A stretch of 31,425 nt of DNA from a bacterium (lineage in GTDB: Bacteria; Hydrothermota; 32-111). The stretch is taken from NCBI GenBank assembly GCA_050239825.1, contig JBFXGO010000029.1:1-31425 (forward strand), in the 5' to 3' direction. Numbering within the stretch: the first letter of the stretch is position 1; every line of letters begins with the position of its first letter. The position numbers and the translations under genes were made by a program. Shown one piece after another: positions 10,651-18,505 of this stretch. The notes below the pieces were generated by a model that was given only the letters and a program-made list of their open reading frames with translations, was not told the DNA's origin and ran no database searches.

Positions 10651-11076
10651 TTACGGCCTAGGTATTGTGAGTTTCCAGTTGGGATAAATGAGATTGGGAT
10701 CCTTGATAAGCTTTTTATTTGCTTTGTAAATCTCCGGCCATCTCTTCCATCCGCCCCTGCCGTATACTTCTTTGTAATCGGCAAGCTTAGAAAGCCAATC
10801 GCCCGGCTTTACTGTGTAGAAGCTTCTTGATTCCTTGAGAGCCGCAAGCTCGTTTAAGAGCTGTTCTTTCTGAAGACGAAGAGCATCAACTTCCTGTATA
10901 AGCGGTTCACCAACTGCTTTGCAAGCATCATGGTCTGCGTTTGCTTTATCAAGACGCGCCTGCTCTGATGCTATCTGTTCAAGGTAATCCTTCTCTGTCA
11001 GCTTTGCTTCCTGAGCGGAAAGGAGTGTGAATGAGAGGACTACAAGTAAAAGTGCGATAAATAATTTGGATTTCAT
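10651..11076 (-). CDS. Secreted coiled-coil + LysM peptidoglycan-binding protein
   Basis: Signal peptide (..TLLSA/QE), a heptad region, and LysM YTVKPGDWLSKLA...WPEIYKAN...DPNLIYPNWKLTIP. Confidence 0.92.
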   Translation of the reverse strand: MKSKLFIALLLVVLSFTLLSAQEAKLTEKDYLEQIASEQARLDKANADHDACKAVGEPLIQEVDALRLQKEQLLNELAALKESRSFYTVKPGDWLSKLADYKEVYGRGGWKRWPEIYKANKKLIKDPNLIYPNWKLTIPRP

Positions 11077-11086
11077 CTTTCACTCC

Positions 11087-11332
11087 TTATTTGTAGATTT
11101 CAATTTCTTTTTTGAGATCTTCAATCTCTTTCAGAAGCTGAGCTTTCTCTGTTTCAAGTGAAGCAATTTTATCCTTGCATTCCTGAACCTGAGCTTCTGC
11201 CGCGTCTGCCGCGTTTCTGATTTCATTGAGCTGGTCAAGCTGTGTCTGATTGGCCATCTTCGGCCCGCATCCTGCAAATATCATTGCAAGCATTATCAGA
11301 ATCAAACCTGTTAATACGAAATTGCGTTTCAT
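11087..11332 (-). CDS. Small coiled-coil lipoprotein (81 aa precursor, 60 aa mature)
   Basis: Start moved to ATG 11332 behind a GGAGG SD, because the longer ORF call runs into the tRNA. Lipobox FAG-C, heptad repeats, C-terminal Lys. Confidence 0.85.
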   Translation of the reverse strand: MKRNFVLTGLILIMLAMIFAGCGPKMANQTQLDQLNEIRNAADAAEAQVQECKDKIASLETEKAQLLKEIEDLKKEIEIYK

Positions 11333-11356
11333 TAAAACCTCCATCTTTTTTTTATT

Positions 11357-11385
11357 ATTATATACCTTACAATAATTCAAGTCAA
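11357..11385 (-). promoter_or_regulatory. sigma70-type promoter for the lipoprotein-LysM genes
   Basis: TTGACT-17 nt-TATAAT on the minus strand. Confidence 0.7.
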
Positions 11386-11398
11386 GTAAAAATTTAAG

Positions 11399-11470
11399 AG
11401 CGGGCAACGGGATTTGAACCCGCAACTTTCAGCTTGGGAAGCTGACACTCTACCGTTGAGCTATACCCGC
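11399..11470 (-). tRNA. tRNA-Gly(CCC), CCA not encoded
   Basis: GCGGGTATAGCTCAACGGTAGAGTGTCAGCTT-CCC-AAGCTGAAAGTTGCGGGTTCAAATCCCGTTGCCCGCT; full cloverleaf with a U discriminator. Confidence 0.96.
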
Positions 11471-12238
11471 TTATTTCAACGAAGGTCCTATTAAGTCCTT
11501 CAGCGAAGTGACAGTGAATCCTTCCCTGCTAAACTCAAAATTTTTAGGTGAAATATTTGAATTCAATTTCAGGTTGCTTATGGAGGTCTTTTCCTCCATA
11601 ACAACTCCTTCCATTTTTGTATAGGCTTTGATTGCGGTAGGGAGCTTATTCTTGTATTTTGAATACTGAAGCTGCATCATGACCTTCCTGTTCCAGTCAT
11701 ACATCTCAATAAGCTCTGGAAGGGAATCTTGCGTGAATCTTACTATTATGAGGGAGTACACGGGATTTGAAGTGTCGGATATAAAACTTACATTGAGTTT
11801 TTTGTTTTTGTCAGTCTGAACCAGTATTGAATCATGGTCTTTCAAACTCTCAAGTATGCTCAAAGATTCAAAAACATTCAAATCAAACATTTTTCTTCCA
11901 ACATCTCCGTATTCATCTATGTTGAGAAAGTATATCGCCTTTTCCTGTTTGTCCAGAATAAAGAGAGTGTCATTCAGCACATAAACATCATTCTTTGTGC
12001 CTTTAGAATCTGAGACAAGCAGGTGCTTCTTTCTGTTTGGCGAATCATCGTAGAATGTTATTTTGGTCTTTACCTTCTCTCCGCCTGCTGTAATCTCCTT
12101 GGTGTATGTGCCCTCCATTGTCTTGATTTCGGCAAGATATTTGCTCATATAATCAATACACGCTGGTCTCTCAGCGTGTACTGATATGAACAAAACTACC
12201 GATAATAAACTAAAAAAGACTTTTTCTGTATTACTCAT
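11471..12238 (-). CDS. Secreted LolA-like (outer-membrane lipoprotein sorting fold) protein
   Basis: Signal peptide (..SVHA/ER), then LAEIKTMEGTYTKEI...ITFYDDSPNR...VLNDTLFILDK and a C-terminal NLKLNSNISPKNFEF, typical of the LolA/LolA-like fold. Confidence 0.7.
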   Translation of the reverse strand: MSNTEKVFFSLLSVVLFISVHAERPACIDYMSKYLAEIKTMEGTYTKEITAGGEKVKTKITFYDDSPNRKKHLLVSDSKGTKNDVYVLNDTLFILDKQEKAIYFLNIDEYGDVGRKMFDLNVFESLSILESLKDHDSILVQTDKNKKLNVSFISDTSNPVYSLIIVRFTQDSLPELIEMYDWNRKVMMQLQYSKYKNKLPTAIKAYTKMEGVVMEEKTSISNLKLNSNISPKNFEFSREGFTVTSLKDLIGPSLK

Positions 12239-12410
12239 TAAGCAGAATGTTCATGCTTGATGCGTATGGCGACACAGATACGGTCTTTGTTTGTGATGTC
12301 ATACCGCAACATGAGTCACACTGTGTCATTGCAATCGAGAATGTCACTGATGCGAATGCTCCCAGAGCAGCGACAATCATAATGATAACCAAAAGTGCGT
12401 TTAATTTCAT
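12231..12410 (-). CDS. Unannotated 59-aa secreted peptide with a CDSCC motif
   Basis: AGGAGG-4 nt-ATG; MKLNALLVIIMIVAALGAFA/SVTFSIAMTQCDSCCGMTSQTKTVSVSPYASSMNILLNE*. Overlaps the next start by 8 nt and has its own promoter. Below the 60-aa cutoff of the ORF track. Confidence 0.8.
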   Translation of the reverse strand: MKLNALLVIIMIVAALGAFASVTFSIAMTQCDSCCGMTSQTKTVSVSPYASSMNILLNE

Positions 12411-12430
12411 CGAGCCTCCTTTTTGTATAT

Positions 12431-12458
12431 ATTATAATTATTACAAACAAAAAATCAA
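12431..12458 (-). promoter_or_regulatory. sigma70-type promoter for the peptide-LolA-like-tRNA-Gly unit
   Basis: TTGATT-16 nt-TATAAT on the minus strand. Confidence 0.6.
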
Positions 12459-12464
12459 TACTCT

Positions 12465-13094
12465 TTATCTTTCCAAATATACTTTGTAGTGATTGACTTT
12501 TTCTATAGTCTTTTTTTCAAAATCTGTTGTCTCTATATAAAGAGGAAACCCATCTGCATAGTTCTTATATAGAGTTTTCACAAGAAGCAGATTTTTCCTG
12601 AATACAAGCACAGAATCAATTTTTCCTTCCGTGCTCCAAACTCCCGCAGAATCAATTTCTTTTGTCTTCGGATAAAACATGGTCATTCCTTCTCTCTCCG
12701 ATTCTTCAGATGATGAGAGTGCGATTGCGGGATTTATGAATGACCTGATGTCAATTTCGGGCGGAACAGACTCTATGTTTTTATCAACAAATCTCTTTGA
12801 ATCAACAATCTCATAAGGATGCCTGCCGTCAAAACCTACTGTTTTAACAGTATTGTTGTAAATTATATACGCTTCAATCGAATCTCCCCTCACCATTATC
12901 TTTCCCTTTACCTTTCCAATCATTGCCCCTGTCTGCTCCGTAATCTCCTTGCTGAAAAAGAGACTCGCATTCTTGAAATCGGAAGCTTCAAAACTTTCTT
13001 TGATTTTGTCCTCAAATGATAAAAGGGGAACTATTGCGATAAAAAGAAAAAAAAGCCGGCTTGAAGCCGGCTTTATAAATTTAATCCTCTTCAA
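12465..13094 (-). CDS. Secreted hypothetical protein, possibly LolA-like fold
   Basis: The proposed TTG start at 13094 gives signal-like MKRIKFIKPASSRLFFLFIAIVPLLS. Beta-rich body (KGKIMVRGD, VGFDGRHPY, YKNYADGFP). The start is uncertain. Confidence 0.6.
   Translation of the reverse strand: MKRIKFIKPASSRLFFLFIAIVPLLSFEDKIKESFEASDFKNASLFFSKEITEQTGAMIGKVKGKIMVRGDSIEAYIIYNNTVKTVGFDGRHPYEIVDSKRFVDKNIESVPPEIDIRSFINPAIALSSSEESEREGMTMFYPKTKEIDSAGVWSTEGKIDSVLVFRKNLLLVKTLYKNYADGFPLYIETTDFEKKTIEKVNHYKVYLER
13041..13074 (-). terminator. Intrinsic terminator-like hairpin after ferredoxin
   Basis: Minus strand AAAGCCGGC-TTCAA-GCCGGCTTT, running into a long T-tract (TTTTTTTTCTTTTT). Confidence 0.75.
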
Positions 13095-13263
13095 TTGCTT
13101 CTGTAGGACAATTGTCGATAGCATCATCAAGGTCGCATGAATCAAAATCAGCGTCCTCTTTTACTGCCGCTTTGTTATCATCATTCAGTTCGAAAACATC
13201 CGGGCATGTGCTGATACAGACACCGCATCCGATGCATTTTTCTTCAAGTACTTTTACCTTCAT
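13081..13263 (-). CDS. Single-cluster [4Fe-4S]/[3Fe-4S] ferredoxin
   Basis: CIGCGVCISTCP...NCPTEAI; acidic 60 aa; AAGGAG SD. Confidence 0.93.
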   Translation of the reverse strand: MKVKVLEEKCIGCGVCISTCPDVFELNDDNKAAVKEDADFDSCDLDDAIDNCPTEAIEED

Positions 13264-13358
13264 CGGTACTCCTTGTTTGAGTTACTTTTTTATGTCAATA
13301 ATATAATAGATAAATAAAATAAGTCAATACCAAAATCAAAGAAAAGTTATTTTGTCTA

Positions 13359-13386
13359 TTGACATTGATTTAAGCTTGTGTATAAT
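13359..13386 (+). promoter_or_regulatory. Consensus promoter for tRNA-fMet
   Basis: TTGACA-16 nt-TATAAT; a 16-nt spacer is typical of stable-RNA promoters. Confidence 0.8.
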
Positions 13387-13403
13387 CAAAATTCTTAAAA
13401 CAT

Positions 13404-13475
<72 letters not shown>

Positions 13476-13480
13476 TTTTT

Positions 13481-14530
13481 TCAAACATCCAAAATAGTTT
13501 CAAATTCTTCAAGACGCTTGGCGCTTGAAATGTACTTTTTAGCCCTGTTCATCGAAAACAGCCTCTTCTCTTCGCAGAATTCCTTGTTTGCAAGAAGCTT
13601 TACAATAATATCCATCAGCCCCTTCTCATCATTCTCTTCAGCTAACAGTTCTCTGTCTTCTATTGATTCCGATATTCCTCCGGAATCATAGCCTGCGCAG
13701 ACTGCTCCGCAGAGACCAGCCTCCTGGGCTACCATTCCAAAGCCTTCAACGTTTTCATTTGTTTTTACGGAAGGCATTACTATCACATCCGCCGAAGAGT
13801 ATATTTCATTCATGCTCTCCACATTCATTTTTCCTCTTATTTTGACAATTTCCGACAATTTTGTTCTGCTTATGTAATCTTCATATTCGCTCTTCATTAT
13901 GCCCTCTCCTATAACCTCAAGCTCAACGCTCCTTCCTGTTATTTTTGACACACTCTCATTTATCTCCCTTATCATACGAATAACCGAGATGAAATTCTTG
14001 TGGGGAACGAATCGTCCCACCATTATGATTTTGAATTTTGAGGATTCTTTTTTTATACTGCTCCCGACATCGTCAATAAGAGGATAGTAAACTCTGCCTC
14101 TCTTCTCTATCAGAGAATTGGTAAAATCAGAATTCACTACAATAGTATCCGCTCCGCCGAGAATGCTTTTAACTTCAGGCCTGAAGAGAGGTTTGCTGTT
14201 GATGTCGTGAAGAAGCTCCTGCCCGTATGCAAAGTATATTTTTTTGGATTGTATCTTCATGAAATTGAGCATCCAGCCGAGAGGCAGCACGGTTCTGACC
14301 AGAATAGCATCATACCTGTCTCTTGAAATTATTTTTCTCAGATGAATCGGAAACAGGATTTTGCTTGTTTTTAAGAAATATGAATCATCCCGATTCTCTC
14401 CCCTTATTCCGAATGCATATAGATCGACCGAATATTTCTTTTTAAGAAGTCTGAAGAGGCGCATCGTATCTACTGCGATTCCGCCTATATTGGGAGGGTA
14501 GTCAGAGGTAAGTATTAAGAGTCGCTTCAT
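13481..14530 (-). CDS. Glycosyltransferase family 4 (GT-B)
   Basis: DYPPNIGGI, VGRFVPHKN, ADVIVMPS and EGFGMVAQEA. Confidence 0.92.
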   Translation of the reverse strand: MKRLLILTSDYPPNIGGIAVDTMRLFRLLKKKYSVDLYAFGIRGENRDDSYFLKTSKILFPIHLRKIISRDRYDAILVRTVLPLGWMLNFMKIQSKKIYFAYGQELLHDINSKPLFRPEVKSILGGADTIVVNSDFTNSLIEKRGRVYYPLIDDVGSSIKKESSKFKIIMVGRFVPHKNFISVIRMIREINESVSKITGRSVELEVIGEGIMKSEYEDYISRTKLSEIVKIRGKMNVESMNEIYSSADVIVMPSVKTNENVEGFGMVAQEAGLCGAVCAGYDSGGISESIEDRELLAEENDEKGLMDIIVKLLANKEFCEEKRLFSMNRAKKYISSAKRLEEFETILDV

Positions 14531-15300
14531 CCTTTGTATTCAAAGGTCTGAGTGCGAACCGGCCTGAGAATTCTATTCCATCTTATGAATTTCCATATCT
14601 TCCAGACAGGCTGTGTCTTGTCAATAGAGAAGTAATAAAGGAAGGGAGTTCCTATTACATATTTTCTGTGCAGTGGCCCCCAGAATCTTGAATCGTCTGA
14701 ATTGTCGCGGTTGTCACCCATCATGAAATAATGGCTCTGCGGCACAACGACAGGCCCGAAATTGTCCCTTGCATAGAGCCCTATGTACATGTTCCTGTAA
14801 AATTCTCCCTCCATCCAAAACTTTTGATACTCTTCATCGCTCATGTAATTCTTATACATCTCCTTCAGGTGCGGAAATGTTCTGCTGTCTATATGTTGGA
14901 TGAATGGCTCCTCATATGTCTTGCCGTTGATGTAAAGTTTTTTGTTCCTAATCTCTATTGTATCTCCGGGAAGTCCGACGCACCTCTTTACAAAAGGCCT
15001 GCCGTCGATAGGAAATTTGAAAACCACAATATCTCCGCGCTTGGGATTCGAGTATCTCACAAGCTCCTCGGAAGAAAACGGCACATTTGTAGAATATTTA
15101 AGGCGATTCACGAAGAGAAAGTCATTTATCTGAAGGGTCGAAAGCATTGACCCTGAAAATACCATATATGACTGAATGAAGAATGATTTCAAAAGGAATG
15201 TGGCGACAATTGCGAAGAGAATTGCCTCAATCCAGTCAAGGGTCTTCTCACGCTTTGTCTTTACCGGCTTTACTCTGTTTTCTTTTCTTTTAAAAAACAT
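14527..15300 (-). CDS. lepB: Signal peptidase I
   Basis: SGSM (catalytic Ser), RGDIVVF, FVKRCVGLPGD (catalytic Lys) and MGDNRDNSDDSRFWG. Confidence 0.96.
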   Translation of the reverse strand: MFFKRKENRVKPVKTKREKTLDWIEAILFAIVATFLLKSFFIQSYMVFSGSMLSTLQINDFLFVNRLKYSTNVPFSSEELVRYSNPKRGDIVVFKFPIDGRPFVKRCVGLPGDTIEIRNKKLYINGKTYEEPFIQHIDSRTFPHLKEMYKNYMSDEEYQKFWMEGEFYRNMYIGLYARDNFGPVVVPQSHYFMMGDNRDNSDDSRFWGPLHRKYVIGTPFLYYFSIDKTQPVWKIWKFIRWNRILRPVRTQTFEYKG

Positions 15301-15307
15301 AGAAGTA

Positions 15308-15335
15308 AGTATAATAAGATTGAGGATAAAGTCAA
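15308..15335 (-). promoter_or_regulatory. Promoter of lepB (probably leaderless)
   Basis: TTGACT-16 nt-TATACT-7 nt-ATG; no SD. Confidence 0.6.
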
Positions 15336-15435
15336 GGGCGGATTACTCTTTATTCGGCGCCGTTGCATCTTTCATCCTTATGATTCTTCATTCGTTCCGG
15401 CAGGGAATCTTCGGATCTCCCGGCTTAAATTACAA

Positions 15436-16404
15436 TTAAATCACATATTCATCTTCAAATGCCTCTCTGTTTTCAGAGAACCACTTGAAAGTCCTGAAGA
15501 GCCCCTCATGTATATCGGTTCTCGGCTTGAACCCTATAAGTTCTCTTGCTTTTGACCAGTCGCCCTGAAGGTTCATGACTTCGCTTTTGGCGCTTCTGAC
15601 TCTTGCTCTTTCGACTTTGACTTTGAGTTTTGAATTTCCTATCTTTTTTATTATATCTATGATTTCCGATATTCTGTATGATTTTCCTGTTGCAAGATTC
15701 ATTGTCTGTCCAAAGCCATTCTCATTGAAAAGCGACCTGCATATACCTTCGCACACATCGTCCACATACATGAAGTCGCGCTTCGTATCCACATTTCCCA
15801 CCTTAATCTCCTTCGAAGAGAGCACCTGATTGATTACCGAGGGAATTATCGAACGCATCGACTGACGCGGTCCATAAACATTGAAAGGTTTAATAACGCT
15901 TACTGGCAGGTCAAATGACCGGAAGTAGGAGAGAGCCAGTTCCTCGCCGGCTATCTTTGTCGCGGCGTATGGGGATTGAGCTTTCAGAGGGTGCATCTCA
16001 TCTATGGGAGTGTACTCGGCAGTGCCGTAGGTCTCGCTTGAAGAAATTATTATCAGATGCTTTGTCTTATTCTTCAAAGCGGACTCAAGCATATTATATA
16101 CGCCGATTATATTGGTGTCTATGTATGACCTCACGGAAATGTAAGAGTAGGGTATTCCAATAAGAGCGGCCATATTTACAACTCCGTCGCAGTCCCTTGT
16201 CTCCTCCGTCATCATGGACAAATCTCTTATGTCGCCCTTTACTATCTCCAGGTTCCTGGATTTTCTAACCCATTTAAGCTTGCCTATTCCATTCTCAGCA
16301 TTGTACAGGGAAAGAGCCTTCACTTTGAATCCCTTTCTCAGGAGATGCTCCGTGAGATGGCTTCCTATGAATCCGTCAGCTCCCGTCACCATCACCTTTT
16401 TCAT
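15436..16404 (-). CDS. NAD-dependent NDP-sugar 4,6-dehydratase (LegB-like extended SDR)
   Basis: VTGADGFIGSHL, AALIGIPYSY, SSSETYG, SPYAATK, PFNVYGPRQS and SEV. Start placed at ATG 16404 behind GGGAG (alternative 16416). Confidence 0.9.
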   Translation of the reverse strand: MKKVMVTGADGFIGSHLTEHLLRKGFKVKALSLYNAENGIGKLKWVRKSRNLEIVKGDIRDLSMMTEETRDCDGVVNMAALIGIPYSYISVRSYIDTNIIGVYNMLESALKNKTKHLIIISSSETYGTAEYTPIDEMHPLKAQSPYAATKIAGEELALSYFRSFDLPVSVIKPFNVYGPRQSMRSIIPSVINQVLSSKEIKVGNVDTKRDFMYVDDVCEGICRSLFNENGFGQTMNLATGKSYRISEIIDIIKKIGNSKLKVKVERARVRSAKSEVMNLQGDWSKARELIGFKPRTDIHEGLFRTFKWFSENREAFEDEYVI

Positions 16405-16467
16405 ATTTTCTCCCATTTTTGTTTTCCGATTCGCCTTGCCGGAATGTTTCGTTGTAGCATATTACAG

Positions 16468-17502
16468 TTACCCCCTGTAGATTTCCTTTGCTTTAAGATA
16501 ATTTTCAAGCGAGCCCATATCATACCATAATCCTTTGTGAAGAGACCACCCGACATTATAACCTCTATCTATCAGCTTCTCTATGAACTCATTCATATCT
16601 ATTTTTGACAGCTTGATTCCCTTCATTGCGTCAAATGAAAAGATGTTTACTCCCGTGAGAGCAAAGAAATTTATCGAAGGTTTTTCATTTATCGACTCGA
16701 CCATTTCTCTCCTAATATTTGCAAGTCCGTACTCTATTTTCAGCTGATGTTCGGTTAAAACGAGAGTTGCTTTGTTTTTTGATTTTCTGTGGCTGTTTAA
16801 TAGCATTCTGAAATCAATGTCAGTTATAATGTCTGCATTGTGTGTTATTATATCCCTAAACCCGCAGTCTTTCAAACAAAGCATTGAACCTGCCGTTCCG
16901 AGTGGGCTCTTCTCTATTATGAAAGAAGAATCGTCAAGAGTATTTTTATACTTTTTCAGCAGTTTTCTCTTTATCATGTCGGATTTGTAATTCAGAGAGA
17001 TGAATATGTTTTTAAATCCGTCGGAAAGAAATTTGTCTATAATCGATTCAATAATTGAGCTTCTGCCTATGCTCAAAAGCGGTTTCGGTGTCTTCAGAGT
17101 CAATGGCCTCATCCTCTTTCCCATTCCTCCGGCAAATATCATGACAGCCGCTTGAGTCTCATCAGATATAAAATCATCACTTGAGAAGATCTTTATAATT
17201 CGCCTTCTGCTGTTTATGAGCGGTATGTGTCTGACTTTGTTTTTATCCATCTCCCTTTTAGCGAGAGAGTGTGAATCTTTTGATATATAAATGAAATTTT
17301 TATTGGAAATCCTCTTCACCTTCTCTTTGAGTCCGGTCTTCTTGAGTATCGCCCTTCTTATATCGCCGTCAGTCAGACTCCCCGTGACAATTCCGTCTTT
17401 CTTAACAGTAAACAGAATTTGTTTGCCAGTCCTGCTCAGTTTTTGAAGAGCCTGAAGAATTGTCATATCCTCATCAATCAGAAACTGTAAAAAATCATTC
17501 AT
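16468..17502 (-). CDS. CBS-domain nucleotidyltransferase (sugar-1-phosphate NTP transferase, PtmE-like architecture)
   Basis: CBS pair (GSLTDGDIRRAIL), then AGGMGKRMRPLTLKTPKPLL, PLGTAGS, EKP and WYDMG. Confidence 0.9.
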   Translation of the reverse strand: MNDFLQFLIDEDMTILQALQKLSRTGKQILFTVKKDGIVTGSLTDGDIRRAILKKTGLKEKVKRISNKNFIYISKDSHSLAKREMDKNKVRHIPLINSRRRIIKIFSSDDFISDETQAAVMIFAGGMGKRMRPLTLKTPKPLLSIGRSSIIESIIDKFLSDGFKNIFISLNYKSDMIKRKLLKKYKNTLDDSSFIIEKSPLGTAGSMLCLKDCGFRDIITHNADIITDIDFRMLLNSHRKSKNKATLVLTEHQLKIEYGLANIRREMVESINEKPSINFFALTGVNIFSFDAMKGIKLSKIDMNEFIEKLIDRGYNVGWSLHKGLWYDMGSLENYLKAKEIYRG

Positions 17503-17503
17503 T

Positions 17504-18505
17504 CTATTCTCCGTTTAAAGCATTGATTATCGCTTCAGCTGTTCTGTTCATATCTTCTTCCGAGTATTCTTCATCTAAAGGTATATTTATTATTCTTTTC
17601 GACAGACTCGAATCGCCTCTCCATAGAACCGGCGCAAATATCGATTTATCCGCCAGCCTCCTTTTAACGGCGTCCCTTCCATCTACAAGAAGGGGGAGAG
17701 ACTGAAAAACAACATTCGAATCGGCGCTCTTTATGGGACAAATTCTCTTAATCTCCTTGTGAGAGATAAGCACTCTGTAATTCTTCTTTCTTTTCTTAGC
17801 AACTGAATCTATATTGTATGAAGAGAATACCTTCTCGGAGTATAGAGAGATTTTCTTTGAATTGATTTTTATTTTCTTCTCTCCCGCCTCCGAAAGCATT
17901 ACATATTCTTTCTCAAATCCTTCATCTTTGCTTCCCCTCTCGAAAAGCTCGCGGAGTATCTTTGCATCAAGCTTCAGAAGATAGAATGATGAATCCCTCT
18001 CTCCCATGATTGCTTTTTCTTTGAAGTTGATGAGAAATCCTCCATCGGGAACCGGTAGAATTTTTCTCAGACTCCCCAGCTGAATTCCGGAGTCGAACGG
18101 ATAATTCGAAAACAAAGAATGTGTGCGGTCAATGATTGGAATGAGTCTCTTCTTTTCGGCAAATTCCTGCAGTTTGTAATCTCTGATTCCGCAGTAATCA
18201 TTTATGTAGATGTATTTTATCCTCTTCGGAGCGATTATTGAATCAGTATCTGCAACTAAGTCATCCTTGATTGTATAAAAAGCAATCTCTGTGCCTGTTT
18301 TTAGAACCGGCTCAATCATCTCCCTGCAGTAAAAGTCGGGGAAAAGGATCTCCTCCTGCTTCAATCTTGAAAACAAACTAAAAATCGCGCTTCTGCCGGA
18401 GGAGAAGATGTCCGCTTCTCTTGATTTAAACTCCGAATACAGTTTGTTATCAGCTGTTTCAAGATTCTTTATATCGAGCATTCTTTCAGACCCTATTATT
18501 CTCAT
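17504..18505 (-). CDS. DegT/DnrJ-like PLP-dependent aminotransferase family protein (divergent)
   Basis: SSGRSAI, PDFYC, IIDRTHS, and GSLRKILPVPDGG (putative PLP Lys). Confidence 0.7.
   Translation of the reverse strand: MRIIGSERMLDIKNLETADNKLYSEFKSREADIFSSGRSAIFSLFSRLKQEEILFPDFYCREMIEPVLKTGTEIAFYTIKDDLVADTDSIIAPKRIKYIYINDYCGIRDYKLQEFAEKKRLIPIIDRTHSLFSNYPFDSGIQLGSLRKILPVPDGGFLINFKEKAIMGERDSSFYLLKLDAKILRELFERGSKDEGFEKEYVMLSEAGEKKIKINSKKISLYSEKVFSSYNIDSVAKKRKKNYRVLISHKEIKRICPIKSADSNVVFQSLPLLVDGRDAVKRRLADKSIFAPVLWRGDSSLSKRIINIPLDEEYSEEDMNRTAEAIINALNGE

Noticed and set aside
11333..11425. N-terminal extension of the lipoprotein ORF in the track
   Set aside because: It overlaps tRNA-Gly and the promoter; the ATG at 11332 has an SD and gives a proper lipoprotein signal.
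16401..16460. 19-aa ORF MLQRNIPARRIGKQKWEKI coupled (ATGA) to the dehydratase
   Set aside because: The SD is weak and distant and there are no recognisable features; probably chance.
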